Of a stretch of 64,000 nucleotides of DNA, positions 25,231 through 39,630 are shown piece after piece. The stretch spans positions 64,418,001 through 64,482,000 of the forward strand of contig NC_083417.1 in the NCBI RefSeq assembly GCF_020745735.1, in the 5' to 3' direction. Origin of the DNA: Hemiscyllium ocellatum (Eukaryota). Positions within the stretch are counted from its first letter, which is position 1; every line of letters starts with the position of its first letter. The notes beneath the pieces are model-generated. The model ran no database searches. It worked only from the letters and a program-made list of their open reading frames with translations, and had not been told where the DNA came from. Both the position numbers and the translations under genes were made by a program.

Positions 25231-26139
25231 AACAGGTGTCAAGAGCAGGGAACTGGAATTAGTGTAGATGGACACTTTTTGTGACATGGACCAGTTTGGA
25301 CCAAACAGCCTGTCTCCATGTTGTAGGACGCTATGACTATCTATAGACAGTCAGTCGGTGTGGCATTTTATAAATTCCCACTTTGGAAATAAAACCAATC
25401 TGGCTCCAAGTTGAAATACAAACAAACTTGAAACATTGCCTCACATCTAAAATGTATTGCCTGACTTGAGGTATGACCATTATTCTGAGAAAGCCTGAAG
25501 TTATCTTGGAGTAGTGACTTAAAAGAAATTCTGGTATTTCCGTATTAATCAATTGAAAACTGCACCTCCATTCTAACTGATTAAAGACTCCATGACCACC
25601 TAGGTTTGTTCAATATATTCACATAAACTGTGTGACCCTTTGACCTTTAACTTCTGAGTTCTGTTGCCGATGTATTCTCTCTTCCAAGCTGCCTGAGGAA
25701 GGAGCTGGGGCTCTGAAAGCGTATGATTTCAAATAAACCTGTTGGAATACAACCCAGTGTCATTTTTTTTTGCTTTTGCGAAGGGACTACTGGAATTGCT
25801 TTGAAGTATTGGCCCATAAACATTGACACTGAGATAGTAATGTTTGCTAATCACAACGCCAAACTTTTATTGACAGTTCAAAAATCAGAATGTTAGTGTA
25901 AGTTAATTTTGTTTGTTATTGCAGCCCTGTCACTTTTAGCTGATGTACATCGCAAGGCAAAATCAACGTGATTAACTAAGTATCAACATGAGCAGCAGTA
26001 CAATAGCGATGGACTGAATGTGAATCTTTGCTTTCATCGCTTGTGTTCTTCCATGCTTCAAAGCCTTGTAATTAAGTTTGTCTAATCGACAGCTCTTTTA
26101 TACCAAGTGTGTGATGAAGTGATGTGATCCAAATATTAC

Positions 26140-26254
26140 GAGCAGGCTGAGCAGGCCACATATATATCTTTAACCTACAGCAAATAACACATGAATAAAG
26201 TAAAGTTATACAAATGCAACAAGGAGTCCAAATGCAAGAACAAGGGAAGCTTAG
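26140..26254 (-). pseudogene. Candidate degenerate TM exon of the pseudogene paralog
   Basis: 115-nt AG/GT-bounded segment. Contains IWTP (cf. FWTP in B), a hydrophobic run and *RY (cf. KRY), but frameshifts are needed. Confidence 0.35.
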
Positions 26255-28749
26255 CTGGAATGATACACTCTGAAGAACTTTCACAGTCAAAAATATGAGC
26301 AGTTTGTAAATGGGAAAAGAATATTACATTTTTGAATTCAAGGAGAGAGAATTATCATCTGGGCAGAGAGACAACAGCTAATTATTCCACCATTCTTCCT
26401 TTGTAACTCTTTTGCATAATGAATGAGTTGGTAAACTCATCAGATACATGTTCGCCACAGAAAACTGTTTGAATAGGAATTTATTGGAATCTACGCCAGT
26501 ATAAAAGTAACTAGAAATCAACAAACTACAGATGTTCGGAGAAGACACTCAGTTCCAGAAATGTGTGCGTGCGTGTGTGTGTGTTGAATGTTTTCTGAAT
26601 CAGAATAGTAAATGGGACAAGTTGTGATTTAGTATGTTTTTTGTCTTGAACTGTCACTTGGACAAAGTGTGTTAAAATTAATACACTGCAGAATTTTCAT
26701 TGTTCTTTTTTCTCCTCATTGTGTTTGCTGTTTCTTTAATAGGTTTATTAAGGTTGCATATTTGCATACAATCTGACACTTGTCAATACCTGCTTCTTTA
26801 TTAAGGTAATTTGTCCTGGGTGTAAAATATCAATTTGTTGTTGAGTAAAGGAGCTTTGCTGACTTGTTCTCAATGCCAAACATTTTACAGTCAGTAAATT
26901 ATATAATTGATGAAATCCAAACATGGGTGCACTTAAAAATGGTATCCACATTGGAAGATTAGGATTAGTAAAATAAAATAGTTCACATCTCCACTATCAG
27001 TCAGGACAATTTGAACTAGAAAATGCTTCAACTAAAAATGGAAATTGGTGATCGAAGTTGAAGCGTTCACACGTTCTCATTTATATCAGGAAAGCATTTC
27101 GAAAATTTCACAAAGACAAATGCAAAATGCAATGTCTGTCGGATGTGAATTGTAAATGTGTTTCTAATAACACAGAAATGTAGATGAGACAAGATTGCTA
27201 CTATTCATCTCTGGACACATTTTCAGGATACTGCAATACTAAAAATTAAATTTGCAATGCACAAAATTATTTTTAGAACGATGTGTTGGTGCTCTTGAGC
27301 TGAATGACTGAGCCACATCCGTTATTTTGCTTGATTAGCAACTCACAACTTTCAACATTAATTCTGTGGGTGGTTAAGGCAATAAGGTTAAATGATGCAG
27401 CCTTCTGTAGAACTAATAGTTCACCAACACATTGACTTTTTATTTGCTTTGTTGTTTTTTTTTTTAAATGTTCACCACCACTTCAGTTAATGCATTATCA
27501 CCTTTTCGATGTTGCAACAGTAAACTGCTATTGGAAAATCTATTGTGGCAAAACAAAATACCATTGTAGAGAGCTGTGCAAATTCTGTTCAAAGCCTCAT
27601 GGACTCAAAACGGATTGTAGTTTATTCTCTCTAGTAGTATCTTTAAATTAACACCAGATTAAATACATACATAACATCGGTCGATTCCAACAATTATTTA
27701 TAATGACAAGTGACCTCAAATTTACTGGCTTTTGCAAGCAGAATACATGAGGAATTATGTATGAGTTGAAAATGAGAAAAATTGAGGAACAGCACAGCTG
27801 AGACTATTTGAGTAGTTCTTTAAAAATGTCAGAACCCATGAAATATTTAATATTTTGTGATGCCACATGGATAGTTGTGAGCTCGGTGGCTGTTAATATT
27901 AGCAAAAAGGAAATTGGCATCCCCATTCAGGAAATGCATGGATTATTCCAACGACTTAACCTTCAACGATTTCATATTCAATAACATGAATGAGATTGGC
28001 AATCCCAATACAGCAAAGCACCACAGAACTCAAAACACTCACGTGAGAACATCACTCACCAAGTGAAAACAGCCAATGTTGATTTGTAGTAGGCCTTATG
28101 GATTCTGTATTTATTGAATTTAGACCTATGACCAATAGAGCTAATGTTGTAGCATTACAAAGTCACAATTAGATAAAAGGTATCGGCTGAATATAAATTA
28201 TAACAGACTCTGTGAAGTTTTGTTCAGAAAAACAGTTGAAAGAATTTTAACCAAATATTTGACTTCTTTTTTTACTGTAGATAACATTCCATGTTACGAT
28301 ATCAGTGTATTGTTACATCTCTGGTGGGTAGCATCACATGGTATGCAGAAGCCTGAGTTGACATAACAGATAAATGAAAGCAAAATTTCTTGTGGATGGG
28401 TGGTAGTTTTCCTACCACTGTGCAAGAAAGTTGGAGTCGGATCCCCACTACTTCAATAGATGTCCATTTCGGAAAAGCTTGATTACAAAATATGGACACC
28501 AATCTCATGACGCTATCTAAATGTATGTTCCCGATGCGTATTATTTCAATGTAGACCGTGCATTTCTTTCTATAAATGGACGTATTCTGAAATTCATTCT
28601 TCGTTTTTCTACATCCACGTTTTCTCTGTGCATACCATCTCATAAAGGCTAGTACTCGTTCAGTCTGCAAATCCAATGTTTGACAATATCACCAATTTAT
28701 TACTTTAGGCAGTATTTCAAAATAATTACCAGAAAAGCTACCAAACGCC

Positions 28750-29062
28750 GATTTTCTGAACAGTGTTCCGAAAAATTCTGAATTTCCGATTTCCTGCAGT
28801 GAGCTAGGAAAGGTGAACAGATAAACCTGGTGTTACTTAGGCTAGGTTGCATCTCAACCAAAGAGTTGGAAACTCCATACAGCCCATTGGGGTTCTTCGC
28901 ATTAGTTGTACATATCACTATTGCGTTCTCAATGTCATTTTTGTATCAAGTGATCGTGAGTTCCGACGGATGAAATTAAGCTGCTTCACATGCGAGAATC
29001 AGAGACAACAGTGGGATTCATTTCAAGTGGCCTGCAGGCAATCTACATTGAGCTTGGGGTCG
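28750..29062 (-). pseudogene. Pseudogene C1-set exon
   Basis: ATPSSM*IACRPLEMNPTVVS/LILACEAA*FHPSELTIT*YKNDIENAIVICTTNAKNPNGLYGVSNSL...TRFICS aligns to the A/B C1 exon. It has stops, including one at the core Trp, and frameshifts. Confidence 0.85.
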
Positions 29063-29959
29063 CTGAGGTGTAGAAAACAAACATTGTTGTTACTGGATTT
29101 TGGTATGAAAATTAAATATAATTCGAGTTTATACTGGGCAGTTTTATGATTAGAACACCATTCGAAAGGGATACTTCTGTCATTTTAATGTTTCTCACAT
29201 CATCTGCACCTATCAATTCAACATAAACGCCAGCATGCGATGAATTTCATGACAGCTGCATTTTCCTATCTGATATCAATTCTGAACAGGGATCGCTGGA
29301 GTCAATATTTTAATTGTTTTCTCTACATCTACACTGCTGGACTTTCTGAGTTACTCCAGCAACTTCTGCTTTTGCTTCAGATTTCCAGCAAGCATAATTC
29401 TTTGTTTTAAATTTTGATAGCATCAAAATGGGCCAACTGGGAGAAGCACATTATTATAGATGATTTTCAATTACCATATGTTTGCAATTTGTCCAGAATT
29501 TCCTCAATCGAGTACATATTACATAATTTACATAATAAGTATGTTATGTTTGGAGTTCTAATCAATCTGATTAAACTTCATTTGTTTTCGAGTTTTTTGA
29601 AGATTTGTAGCTCAGATTGAGTTTCTGGATGTAGGTTTGCTCGCTGAGCTGGAAGGTTCGTTTTCATTTGTTTGTAGTGCTCTGAGTCCGGCTTTATTTG
29701 TCAACCACGACAGCACGGAAGATGAAAGTGCAATTTGTCTGAAAATGTGCTGATAGTCATGCTTTTACTGACAAAAAAAACGCAACACAATAATCACAAA
29801 AACAAAACATAGTACAGTGATTGCTGGAAATCTGAAACTAGCAAGGATATTGCTGGAGAAACTCAGCAGGTCTGGCGGCATCTGTGGAAAGAAACAGTGC
29901 TCAATTCTGCTTCTCTCTCCACAGAACCACCATTTAAATCACAATAGAACGCTAATTGC

Positions 29960-30237
29960 CTTTGATGAATTATCAAATGCTCGTTTTCCTGGTGATTGTC
30001 TCCTACCATTCACACATCAGTGTGATTCGATCCTTGTTGAATACTGTCCAGTAATGAAGTCCAAAATCACTAAATTGCTTTCTGCTATTGCCGGGGATTA
30101 GGAAATAATGCTCGCCCTGTTTCCACCAATGCTCATTTATTGAGGAATGCGCCCCAGAGATGGGAAAGAAGCAGATCAAGGTGATTTTCTTCTTTCTTTA
30201 GATTTTTGAATAATACCGAAAACAGCGTGTTCCTCAG
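29960..30237 (-). pseudogene. Pseudogene V exon
   Basis: ggcag|CT acceptor as in A/B. Reads AEEHAVFGIIQKSKE/ITLICFFPISGAHSSINEHWWKQGE with the same C-to-WWKQ spacing and ends HLIIH (cf. HLFVH). Frameshifted. Confidence 0.8.
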
Positions 30238-30472
30238 CTGCCAGAAAATAGTGTCATAGATAATTTAATTGTACTAGACAAAACATGCAGATCGAAGAGG
30301 GAGAAAAGATGTTATATTGCGGAATTATATTGCAGTAAATAAATATGCGATAAATTTATTTAGGTAGGGCGCTGGTCAAAGAGGTATTTACCTGTGCAAA
30401 TAATATCCCTGAGAATCAAGCATCGGAAAACCATACTCACTTTTCATTCTGAACACTAAATTTAATTGATAC

Positions 30473-30531
30473 CTGTCAACACTAGCTGCGAGACTGCAAC
30501 ATTGAAAGATAACTTCCGGTTAGAGTTCCAT
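30473..30531 (-). pseudogene. Candidate degenerate leader exon of the pseudogene
   Basis: ATG...VAVSQLVLT plus a phase-1 donor G|gtatca, 235 nt above the pseudo-V acceptor. Contains a stop and a frameshift. Confidence 0.35.
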
Positions 30532-31509
30532 CACTTGTGAGGCTTATGACGTTTGTCTTCCTGTAACTGCGGCTTCTGAAAATTTGTTTGGACTAATGTT
30601 TGCATTGACACTGAAAGACATGCGTTGTTGACAGAACAGGGAAGATGCGACCTTTTCAAATGTCACATTTCTCAACACTTTTAAGAGTTCAGTAACTAAA
30701 CATGGTGCGTCACATTCGTGCAACCAATTTAACGTTTTGTTGAGCATGTCAAACGATGCAGAGAAATTCCAAACACGAAGCAATTAGATGCCGCTCTAAA
30801 TTCTTTAAGATAAACTAAGAGAAAGTAGGAGACTATACATGCGACAGACGTCAGGTGAATAACTAAACTAAGAACCAGGTCGATATAGATTCGAATGGGA
30901 ACTGAAATTGCAGATTAGAGAAGCTGAAAGAAAGATTATGAGTGGTGAAAAAGCACACCAAAAAGTTTTTCCTGGCATTTACTGACTAAAGAGCTGCTAA
31001 GAAATGGATTGTGGCCGATCAGGGTCCAAAAGGTGGATTTAACAACGGTTGGCATGGCTGAACTACTGAATGTCAATTTGTAAATGTCTCCTTGAAGAAA
31101 GCGCTGCCCTGCCCATGGCGAAATGGTGAATATTTCGTGCGGTGAAGGTGTTTAAAATTAATATCAGTGAAGCACTGAAAAGACTTTTTATGTTACTTTG
31201 ATAAAGAATCGGGACTAGATGAGATGTAAGCAATGTTACCAGGCCAAAGAGTGGCAATTGTGGACTCACTGGTTGTTGTGAGATAACTAAGGAGACTCGA
31301 TACAAATTAATTGACGTAGGGAATTGATAGAATGGAAAAATGCTCAGAAAGCTTCAAGAGACAGCTCAAAAATTTGACTGATCTTCAGATATACATACCA
31401 GACCTTGCAAAATCAAAAATGCCCACAGTTGCGTCAGTGCATCTACGGTTTTTGTTCCTTATACTCTTCTGAAAAAAGTAAGCAAAACCTGGCTTTTGCT
31501 TCTTCATTT

Positions 31510-31815
31510 TGGGTGGCACAGTGGTTAGCACTGTTGCCTCACAGCGCCAGGGACCTGGGTTCAATTCCCGCCTTAGGCAACCATCTGTGTGGAGTTTGCA
31601 CGTCCTCCCCGTGCCTGCGTGGGTTTCCTTCGGGTGTTCCGGTTTCCTCCCACAGTCCAAAAATGTGCAGGTTAGATGAATTGACCATGCTAAATTGCTC
31701 GTAGTGTGAGGTGAAGAGATAAATGTAGGGGGATGGGTGTGGGTGGGTTCCTCTTCGGAGGGTCGTTGTGGACTTGTTGGGCTGAAGTCCTGTTTCCATA
31801 GTGTAAGTAATCTAA
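31510..31815 (+). mobile_element. HE1-type SINE
   Basis: gggtggcacagtggttagcactgttgcctcacagcgccagggacctgggttcaattcc (A/B-box tRNA head) plus SINE body. Confidence 0.9.
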
Positions 31816-33254
31816 AAATAAAAACAATTCTCTTCCACATCAAAATATCTGGTCCCTTGTCTTCTCTGACAGAATCCATTTCCCATCTTCTTCATTTGTC
31901 CTGTTCGATTGCAAGACCACTGATGTGATATTGCATTTAACCTGTTATCTGTGATTATTAGGAAAACTATTTCCTCCTCAGATGGCATACGCCCTAAAAA
32001 GTCATTGAGCCTAAAACGTTTTGCAATACCAGCAAGACTAAGTAAAGTTTAAATACCATGTATCCATGTATTCAAGCACGAACCTGTTCCGTTTTCCTCC
32101 TTTAATCCAACAGTACAATGTGCTTCCACAGCCGCCATGAAGCTTTACACAGAAACATCCCACTCCAACTGGATTGTCAGTGCTAAGTCTGGCTTCTCTC
32201 AAGGAGCAGTGTGACGGGCTTCATACTCTCCTTTTTTCCCTAAATTGGAGGTGTGGGCACCCTAGCGAGACAGTAGGTTCGCATATCAGGATTACTTTCT
32301 GAGCCTACGAAGCTGTGGTCACCACATCAACTTCCATAGAACCTCTCCTGCAGTGTAAGCAATAATCTACTTATTAGAAAACGGTAATGCGTAGTTGAAC
32401 TACATTGAAAACAATTCTAATCCATAGGTGAACATTCAACAAAACATTCCATTCCCAAATAGCCGTCATCATGTCACATTCAATACTTCATTTAAGTCTG
32501 TCTCCAGACACATGGCCAACAGTTGGACGGGAAGTCTCTGCTTCATTTTCACCTGGGACTCGCTTGATTGTACTCAGTAAATGGTTTAACAGTACAAGGA
32601 TTCGCTTCCCCTCGGGAAACAAGTCTCTCAGAGTTCAGTTTTTGTTTGAGATTGTCTGTTACAATCAGCACCTTATTAAGAATGCTTTTTTAACACCACT
32701 CGATCAGGGAGGACTTGAACCCAAAGAACTACTGAAGGCATTTTTAGTTTTGAACATGCACACCAGCTGCTCTCCTGGGTTTTGAACCAAGTCGCCAGAC
32801 CCTCAACATCACTACTTCAGTCACATTGCCATTACACCACCCTCTTCCCAGCGACACACCCTGATCACTGGGAACAATTTTCTGTTACTTTTATTATTTT
32901 AATCAAAATGCTCAAGAATGTTATAACACACTTACAAAACATGGGGAACATGAACCCTTCCCCATTCTCCACTCAGAAGTAGGAACACTACCACTGCACA
33001 ACATATTATGAAATTTCCAATTACTGCAGTTTCCTTGAGATTGAATCAGAAGTTTGAGTTAATGACTGGAAAGTGCTGATAAGCATACTGACCCCACCAA
33101 GGCACATCTGAGCCACGTAATTGTCTTCTCTACCATGATATGCCACCTGGTAGGTTTGACGCAAAATTAAGCAATGGAGTCCCAGTCAGCGATACTGAGG
33201 TCTCACGAATGGATAAAAACAAAAGCCTCCATTGAAGATCAGCAAGAGTAAAAA

Positions 33255-33810
33255 GTAGAAGAAGTCTGAGTAATAGTCATACAATTATATAGCACAGAAA
33301 CAGACCCTTTGGTCCAACTCATCTACTCTGACCGATTGGCCTACACTAATCTAGTCCTAAATGCCAGCATTTGGCCCATGTCCCTCTAAATTCGTCCCAT
33401 TCCTGTACCCATCCAGATGCATTTTACGTGTTGTAAAGATACCAGCCTCCATTACTTCCTCTGGCAGCTTCTTCCATATAGACACCATTCTCTGTGTTAA
33501 AACATTGCCCCCTTAGTCCACTTTTAAACCTTGCCCCTTTCACCCCGAAACAATGGCCTCTTGTTTTGGCCTTCCTTCACCTGGGCATTCATCCTATCGT
33601 AGCCCCTCATGATTTTATAAATATCAATAAAGTCACCCCTCAGCCTCCGACGGTCCTGGGGGAAAACCATTGCCTATTCAGCCTCTCCCTGCAGCTCAAT
33701 CCGTCCAATCCTGGCAACATGCTTATGAATCCTGTCTGCACCCTTTAACAACATCTCTCCTAATCAGAATTGAATGCAGTATTCTATATGTGGAATAACC
33801 AGTGTCCTTT
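33255..33810 (-). mobile_element. CR1 LINE 3' fragment
   Basis: Reverse-complement CR1 3' UTR and ORF2 C-terminal sequence. Confidence 0.75.
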
Positions 33811-34859
33811 AGAGCATGTTGCTCCCTCGTCAAAGACTGAATACTATTGGCGAGTTTCATTTGAAGCTTATCAGGCTTAAACGGACGACACTAAAAGTGA
33901 ACCACGTCAGAAAGTTCAATCTGCCATGAAAGGTAGAAATTCATCAGCAGATGAGGCAGCAAAGTGGGCAGCAAGGATTGTGTTTCCAGGAAAGTACCAA
34001 CATATGCAAAAGGAGAACAATAGGCAGAAAATACATAAGGAGACGCCCGGAGTCAAATTGGAGCAATAGTAGAAAACATAAGATGGAAAGCGTTAAATAC
34101 AGGGACTGCTTCCAACAGGACAACTTTGGTCCACTCCTCCTCCACTCCAAATGCTCCCCACTCCCGCATGGTACCTATCCTTGCAGTCACAGAACGTATA
34201 ACACCTGCCTATTTACATCTTCCCTCCTCACTTTCCAAGTCACTAGAGACACCTTTCATGAGAGGCAGTGACTTATATGCACTGCACTCACTTTAGTCTA
34301 ATAAATTCACTGCTCACAATGTGGTCTCATCTAGGTTGGGGAGACAAAATATAGACTGGGCAGCTACTCTGTGTAACACCTATGTTGTGTCTGTTAATAA
34401 TTTCCTAAGCTAGTGGCAATTCAACACTTGACCATGTTCCTTGGGCAATATCTGTGTCTTGAGCTTTTTGCAGTGATCAATGAGACTCGGCAGAAGCTAG
34501 AAGAAATACTGGGGACTCAATATCGAGTTCAATAATTTTCATGAGTTACTTCCACGTCCCTTACCCATTCCCAGACTCCAAGCCATATCATGACGTGCTT
34601 GATTTCAGCACAACTAATCTATTTTCTTTTTTGTTAATTGAACAAATGTTTCTAATCAACCTGTTCCTAGATACCATTGCACACCTCTGGAACAGGTGGT
34701 CTTGAATCTGGATCTCCAGGTCCAGGGGTTGAGACATGATGATTTTTCCACAAGGGGACACCCGACCAAACCTATTTTCACCTATTTAAGTTCCTCATTA
34801 TCAGCTTTCTCCTTTCCTGGCATACCATTGGGACCAGTTGTGGGGGAGGTGGGACTATT

Positions 34860-36170
34860 GGAAATTGGACGGTCTGCACCTGGGCTGGACTAGAACCAAC
34901 GTTCTTGGGGGTGTTTTTGCTCATGCTGTTGGGGGGAGTTTAAACTAATGTAACAAGGGGATGGGAACCAAATGCGGAGGTTAGTGGAAAATAAGGAGGT
35001 ACGAACTGAAGCCAGGAAGGATCTTGATAATGAAGTCAGCGCGAACAAGGATAAGAGTAGACAGGGAGCAGATGATGAATGCAAAGGGAATGGGAGTTCG
35101 AGATGCATTTGTTTTAGTGCGAGAAGTGTAGTAGGTAACGCCGATGATCCAGGGTTTGGATTCATACCTGGGAGTATGATATTATTGATATTACTGAGAC
35201 TCAGTTGAGGGAAGGATATGAACGGCAACTAAATATCACAGGATATCAATGCTTCAGGAGGGATACATAGGGGGTTAAAAAGGGTGCAAGAATTGCATTG
35301 CTGGTCAGAGACGATGTCACAGCTGTGCTGATGGAGGTCACTGTGGAAGACTCGAGCAGTGAGGCAATATGACAGAGTTCAGAAATAGGAAGAGTGCAGT
35401 AACAATGTTGAGGTTGTACTACAGGCCTCCCAACAGTGAGTGTGAGATGGAGGTACAACTATCTAAACAGATGATCGAAAGATGTAGGAGCAAAAGGATG
35501 GAGGTGAGAGGAGTTTTTAATTTTCCCACATTGATTGAGCAGAATTTGTAAGGAACATCCAACTTAATAGAGTTCTTCGAAGAAGTGACCAAGTTGTTAG
35601 ATGAAGGAAGGGCTGTTGATGTCATATACATAGACTTTAGTAAGGCGTTTGATAAATTTCCCCATTGTAGACCAATGGAAAAAGCGAAGTCAAATGGTAT
35701 GCACGATGTTCTAGCTAGGTGGATAAGAACTGGTTGAGCAACAGGAGACAGAGAGTAGTAGTTGAAGGGAGTTTCTCGAAATGGAGAAAGGAGACCAGTG
35801 GTGTTCCACAGGGATCAGCATTGGGGCCACTCTTGTTTATAATATAGATAAATGATCTAGAGTAGGGCACTGTTGTTATGATCAGCAGTTTGCAGTTGAC
35901 ACAAAGATTGGTGGAGTAACAGAAAGCATCAGGGACTGTCCGAGAATACAGGAACATATAGATAGACTGGAATGTTGGGCGGAAAGGGGGCAGATGGCTT
36001 TCAATCTTGACAAATGTGAGGCAAGTCTAATTCTAGAGCGAATTATACAATGAATGGAAGAGCCTTGGGAAAAGTTGATGGGCAAAGAGTTCTGGGAGTG
36101 CAGGTCCATTGTACCCTGAATGTTGCTGCACAGGAGGATAGAGTGTACAAGAAGGTATATAGTTGCTTGC
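34860..36170 (+). mobile_element. CR1 LINE fragments (EN and RT pieces)
   Basis: RLYYRPPNSECEMEVQL and DEGRAVDVIYIDFSKAFDK motifs. Confidence 0.8.
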
Positions 36171-39100
36171 TTCAATCAATATTCATCACCTTTGGGAGGC
36201 AATAGTCATTGGCTCCCAAATCGCATGTCCTTTATACAATTAGCAACAAGTCCTGCCTAGCCGAAGTTAATCAGAATTGAATTGATCATGCTATGAGTTA
36301 TGGCCTGAAAGAGTTGATAAACATCAGCTTTTGGCCATGGAGTCACAAATGAGAAAATGTTTGAAATTATCCTGCTTCCACTGGGAATGGAATGCCCTCA
36401 AGGCATTGGAGAGAGACTGAGAAACCAAGGGTCATTCTGTGACTTAAATTCACTGCCCTGATTTGATATGTATCATTTATAATATAAATTAAATTTCCTG
36501 TTTGCTGAACAAGATTGTCTCCTGTTGTCTAACTGGTTGCAATCTCAAATGAACGTATTAATATTGAGTATAAGACCCCTAAAATATGTAAAACTGTACA
36601 TTCTGATATTATAAAGACAGAATGGAAACATCAGGTTTGTGCAACGAATCATATTGCCAGGCCAACAGCGGTATCAAGGTGGGGAAGGTTAAGGTTTGTG
36701 GGCTTTTTGAGAACCAGCCAGTGACTCAGACAATACATATGAATGATTTAGACATGTCAGTGTTGGACTGGGGTGTACAAAGTTAAAAATCACGCAACAC
36801 CAGGTTATAGTCCAACAGGTTTAATTGGAAGCACACTAGCTTTCGGAGTGACATTCCTTCATCAGGTGATGAATGCTTGTGTGCTTCCAATCAAACCTGT
36901 TGGACTATAACCTGGTGTTGTGTGATTTTTAAATATATATGAAGTGAGAGTAGACAAGGGGTATAGCAAAGGAGTATGAACATGCTTACAGAAAGTTTGG
37001 GTGCAGGGCACTGAGTTCTGTGTAAAGAAAAATGTTGTGTTTATCCATAGATGTTAGAATTTGATAAAGTTAAAAGCTGATAGGTTGTTGAGTCTTTTGG
37101 CTTATGGGCATACCATCATGCTCAGAAAGCTTATGAGTTTAAGAAAAAGAATCAGGAAGCGATGGAGATGTTGAAAAAGAATTGCAGCAATTGCAAAAAC
37201 AATGAGAGATAAATAGTTTAAAGAGCTGATTCATACTTTTTAATTCTGAGGAAAACAATCAGTTACTGTAATGCAATAACAGAGTGATTCCAACTTGCAT
37301 GCTGAAACTGTTGTGGTTGAGATGTAGCAACATAAAATTGCTGAGCAAAACAAGACAGATGAGAGTCTACCACAAGTGCAAATGGTATCGCAGAAAAATA
37401 AGCTCACAGAGAAACATATTATTTCTGTTTGAATTTAGGATGTTGGATTAAAGGGAAATTTAGCCGACAGCAGGACTTTTTCGCAGCCAAGACGAATGGA
37501 GGCAACGTCCTATACCACATGAAGCATATTTTTAGTTGATGTTTCTGATTACAACTATAATTATTTCCGTACCTCTCACAGCAACTATGGGAGTCATCCA
37601 GCCTTCCCCATACCAACCAGTCTTTCATTTCACTGGAATAGGAATTTACATTCTCTGGATTCTCATTTTTGAAGGTTTCCCAATTTCCAGCCATCCCTTG
37701 ACCTGCGAACATCTGCCTTCAATCAGCTTTTGAAAGTTCTTGCCTAACACTGTCAAAATTGACCATTCTAAAATTTAGAACTTCAACTTTTAGATCTGGT
37801 CTATCCTTTTCCATCGCTATTTTAAATCTAATAGAATTATGGTGGCTTGATCCAAAGTGCTCCCCCACTGACAACTCAGTCATCTGTCCTGCCTTATTTC
37901 CGAAGAGTAGGTCAAGTTTTGCACTCTCTCTAGCAGGTACACCAACATAATGAATCAGAAAATTTTCTTGTACACACTTAACAAGTTCCACTCCATCTAA
38001 ACGCTTAAAATTATGATAGTCGCCTACCATAGCTACCTTATTATTCATACAGATGGTTGAGCTCTCCTTACAAGTTTGTTTCTCAATTTCCCGCTGACTA
38101 ATACGGGGTCTATAATATAATCCCAATAAGGTGATCATCCCCTTCTTATTTCTCAGTTCAACCCAAATTACTTCCCTGGATGCATTTCCAGGAGTATCCT
38201 CCCAAACATAACTGTAAAACGCTTTTCAATAACGCTAACCCCCCACCCCTCCTCTCTTGCCTCCGTTTCTATCCTACCTGTAGCATTTATAACCTGGAAC
38301 ATAAAGCTACCAGTCCTGCCCATCCCTGACCCATGTTAATAAGACCTGTAAAACCTTTATCCATGAACTCCAAATTGATTTATTAATTTCTTCTCTGGCA
38401 CCTTATCAAAGGCCTTCTGAAACTCAAAAAACACCAACACTTGTTGTCCTTCGTGCATGCCACTATACAATCCTCAAAAAACTCCAACAGCTTTTTCAAA
38501 CATGATATCACTATCATCGTTCCATTGTGACAATGTTCTATTTTAACATTATTTTCTAAGTATCCAAAAATGACAAACAAATGTATTAAATAGGAGAAGA
38601 AATCGACCATTCAGCTCTTTTGAATCATTAAATATTCAGTTTGTGTTTCAAATTCTGCATTCCGCATTACTCCCATTTCCCTTTAATTCTTCTGCCTAAA
38701 ATCAATCCGTCTATTTCTGTGTTAAAAATAGTCACTGATCTCACCTCCACCACCTTCAGATGAATATGAAATTCCACAAACTTCTGAGACAAAGAAATTC
38801 CCTCATCTCTGGTTTGAAAAACAACTCCCAATTTTAAAGCAACATTCCTCGTTTTGGATTCTCTCACTTGAGAAAACATCCATGCCATATTCAACTTATC
38901 AAGAAAATGTGTGATCTATCCACCAAATGATGTCTGCAGGATCTCCTCTACCTACAGCACGCATTACGCGTTCAAAGAATTCTGGCAAACTAATTACTCA
39001 TGAGTTCTCTTTGATATAACCATTCTGACTCTTCCTGATGGCCAAGAATTTCTGTTCACAACTGTAGAAGATGATCATTGGCCTTATATGTCACCAAAGT

Positions 39101-39269
39101 ATCAGTAAATTTGAGCGCACTTTTCCATACTTCAAACAAAGGAAGTTTCCAAGCTGAAGGCTGTTTGGAAAGTTTAACTATCATATATTTTTGAGACAAG
39201 CTGCAAAAAAGGTTTAACCGGTACTAAAGCATCATTTTTAGTTTGCCATCATCTGGAAAATCAGAAGAA

Positions 39270-39630
39270 ATTTAAAAATTAATGCCTGTTTCACTGACTC
39301 TTTAGTCAAAGAGGTTTAGAACAAATAATAATAATGGCAACCTACAGCATGTCACTTGGTGTTTCCGCAATAGCAAGACAAGTGGAATATTTGTCGACAG
39401 ACATCAATCAGCAACTCCAGAAGGACCTGAAGGACTGTAAATACTTCACATTACAATTCCATGAATTCATCATTATGACGGGTTTATATCAACTCATCGC
39501 TTTTTTGCACATGGTTTTTAAAGACATAACAAGTAAAGATGATATTCTCAATATTTTGCCCAAAGGAGAGAGAATAAGGAATGAGAATATTGATAACAAA
39601 TTCAGAAAGTACAAGCTTGAGAAAATCATT
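39270..39630 (+). mobile_element. hAT transposase relic (duplicate of 6800-7200)
   Basis: ORF 39334-39666 ...QLQKDLKDCKYFTLQFHEF... Confidence 0.7.

Noticed and set aside
26690-26790. Plus-strand hydrophobic run (IFIVLFLLIVFAVSLIGLL) resembling a TM exon
   Set aside because: Explained by T-rich low-complexity sequence; no partner exons on the plus strand.
28385-28422. RSS-like motif on the minus strand: CACAGTG, 22-nt spacer, ACAAGAAAT
   Set aside because: The nonamer matches only 6 of 9, no V-segment end (YxC) precedes it and there is no partner RSS. It lies in a pseudogene intron, and such cryptic motifs are common.
31510-31590. tRNA-like A/B-box sequence (also at 49790-49875 and 11150-11200)
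   Set aside because: These are heads of HE1-type SINEs continuous with the SINE body, not tRNA genes.
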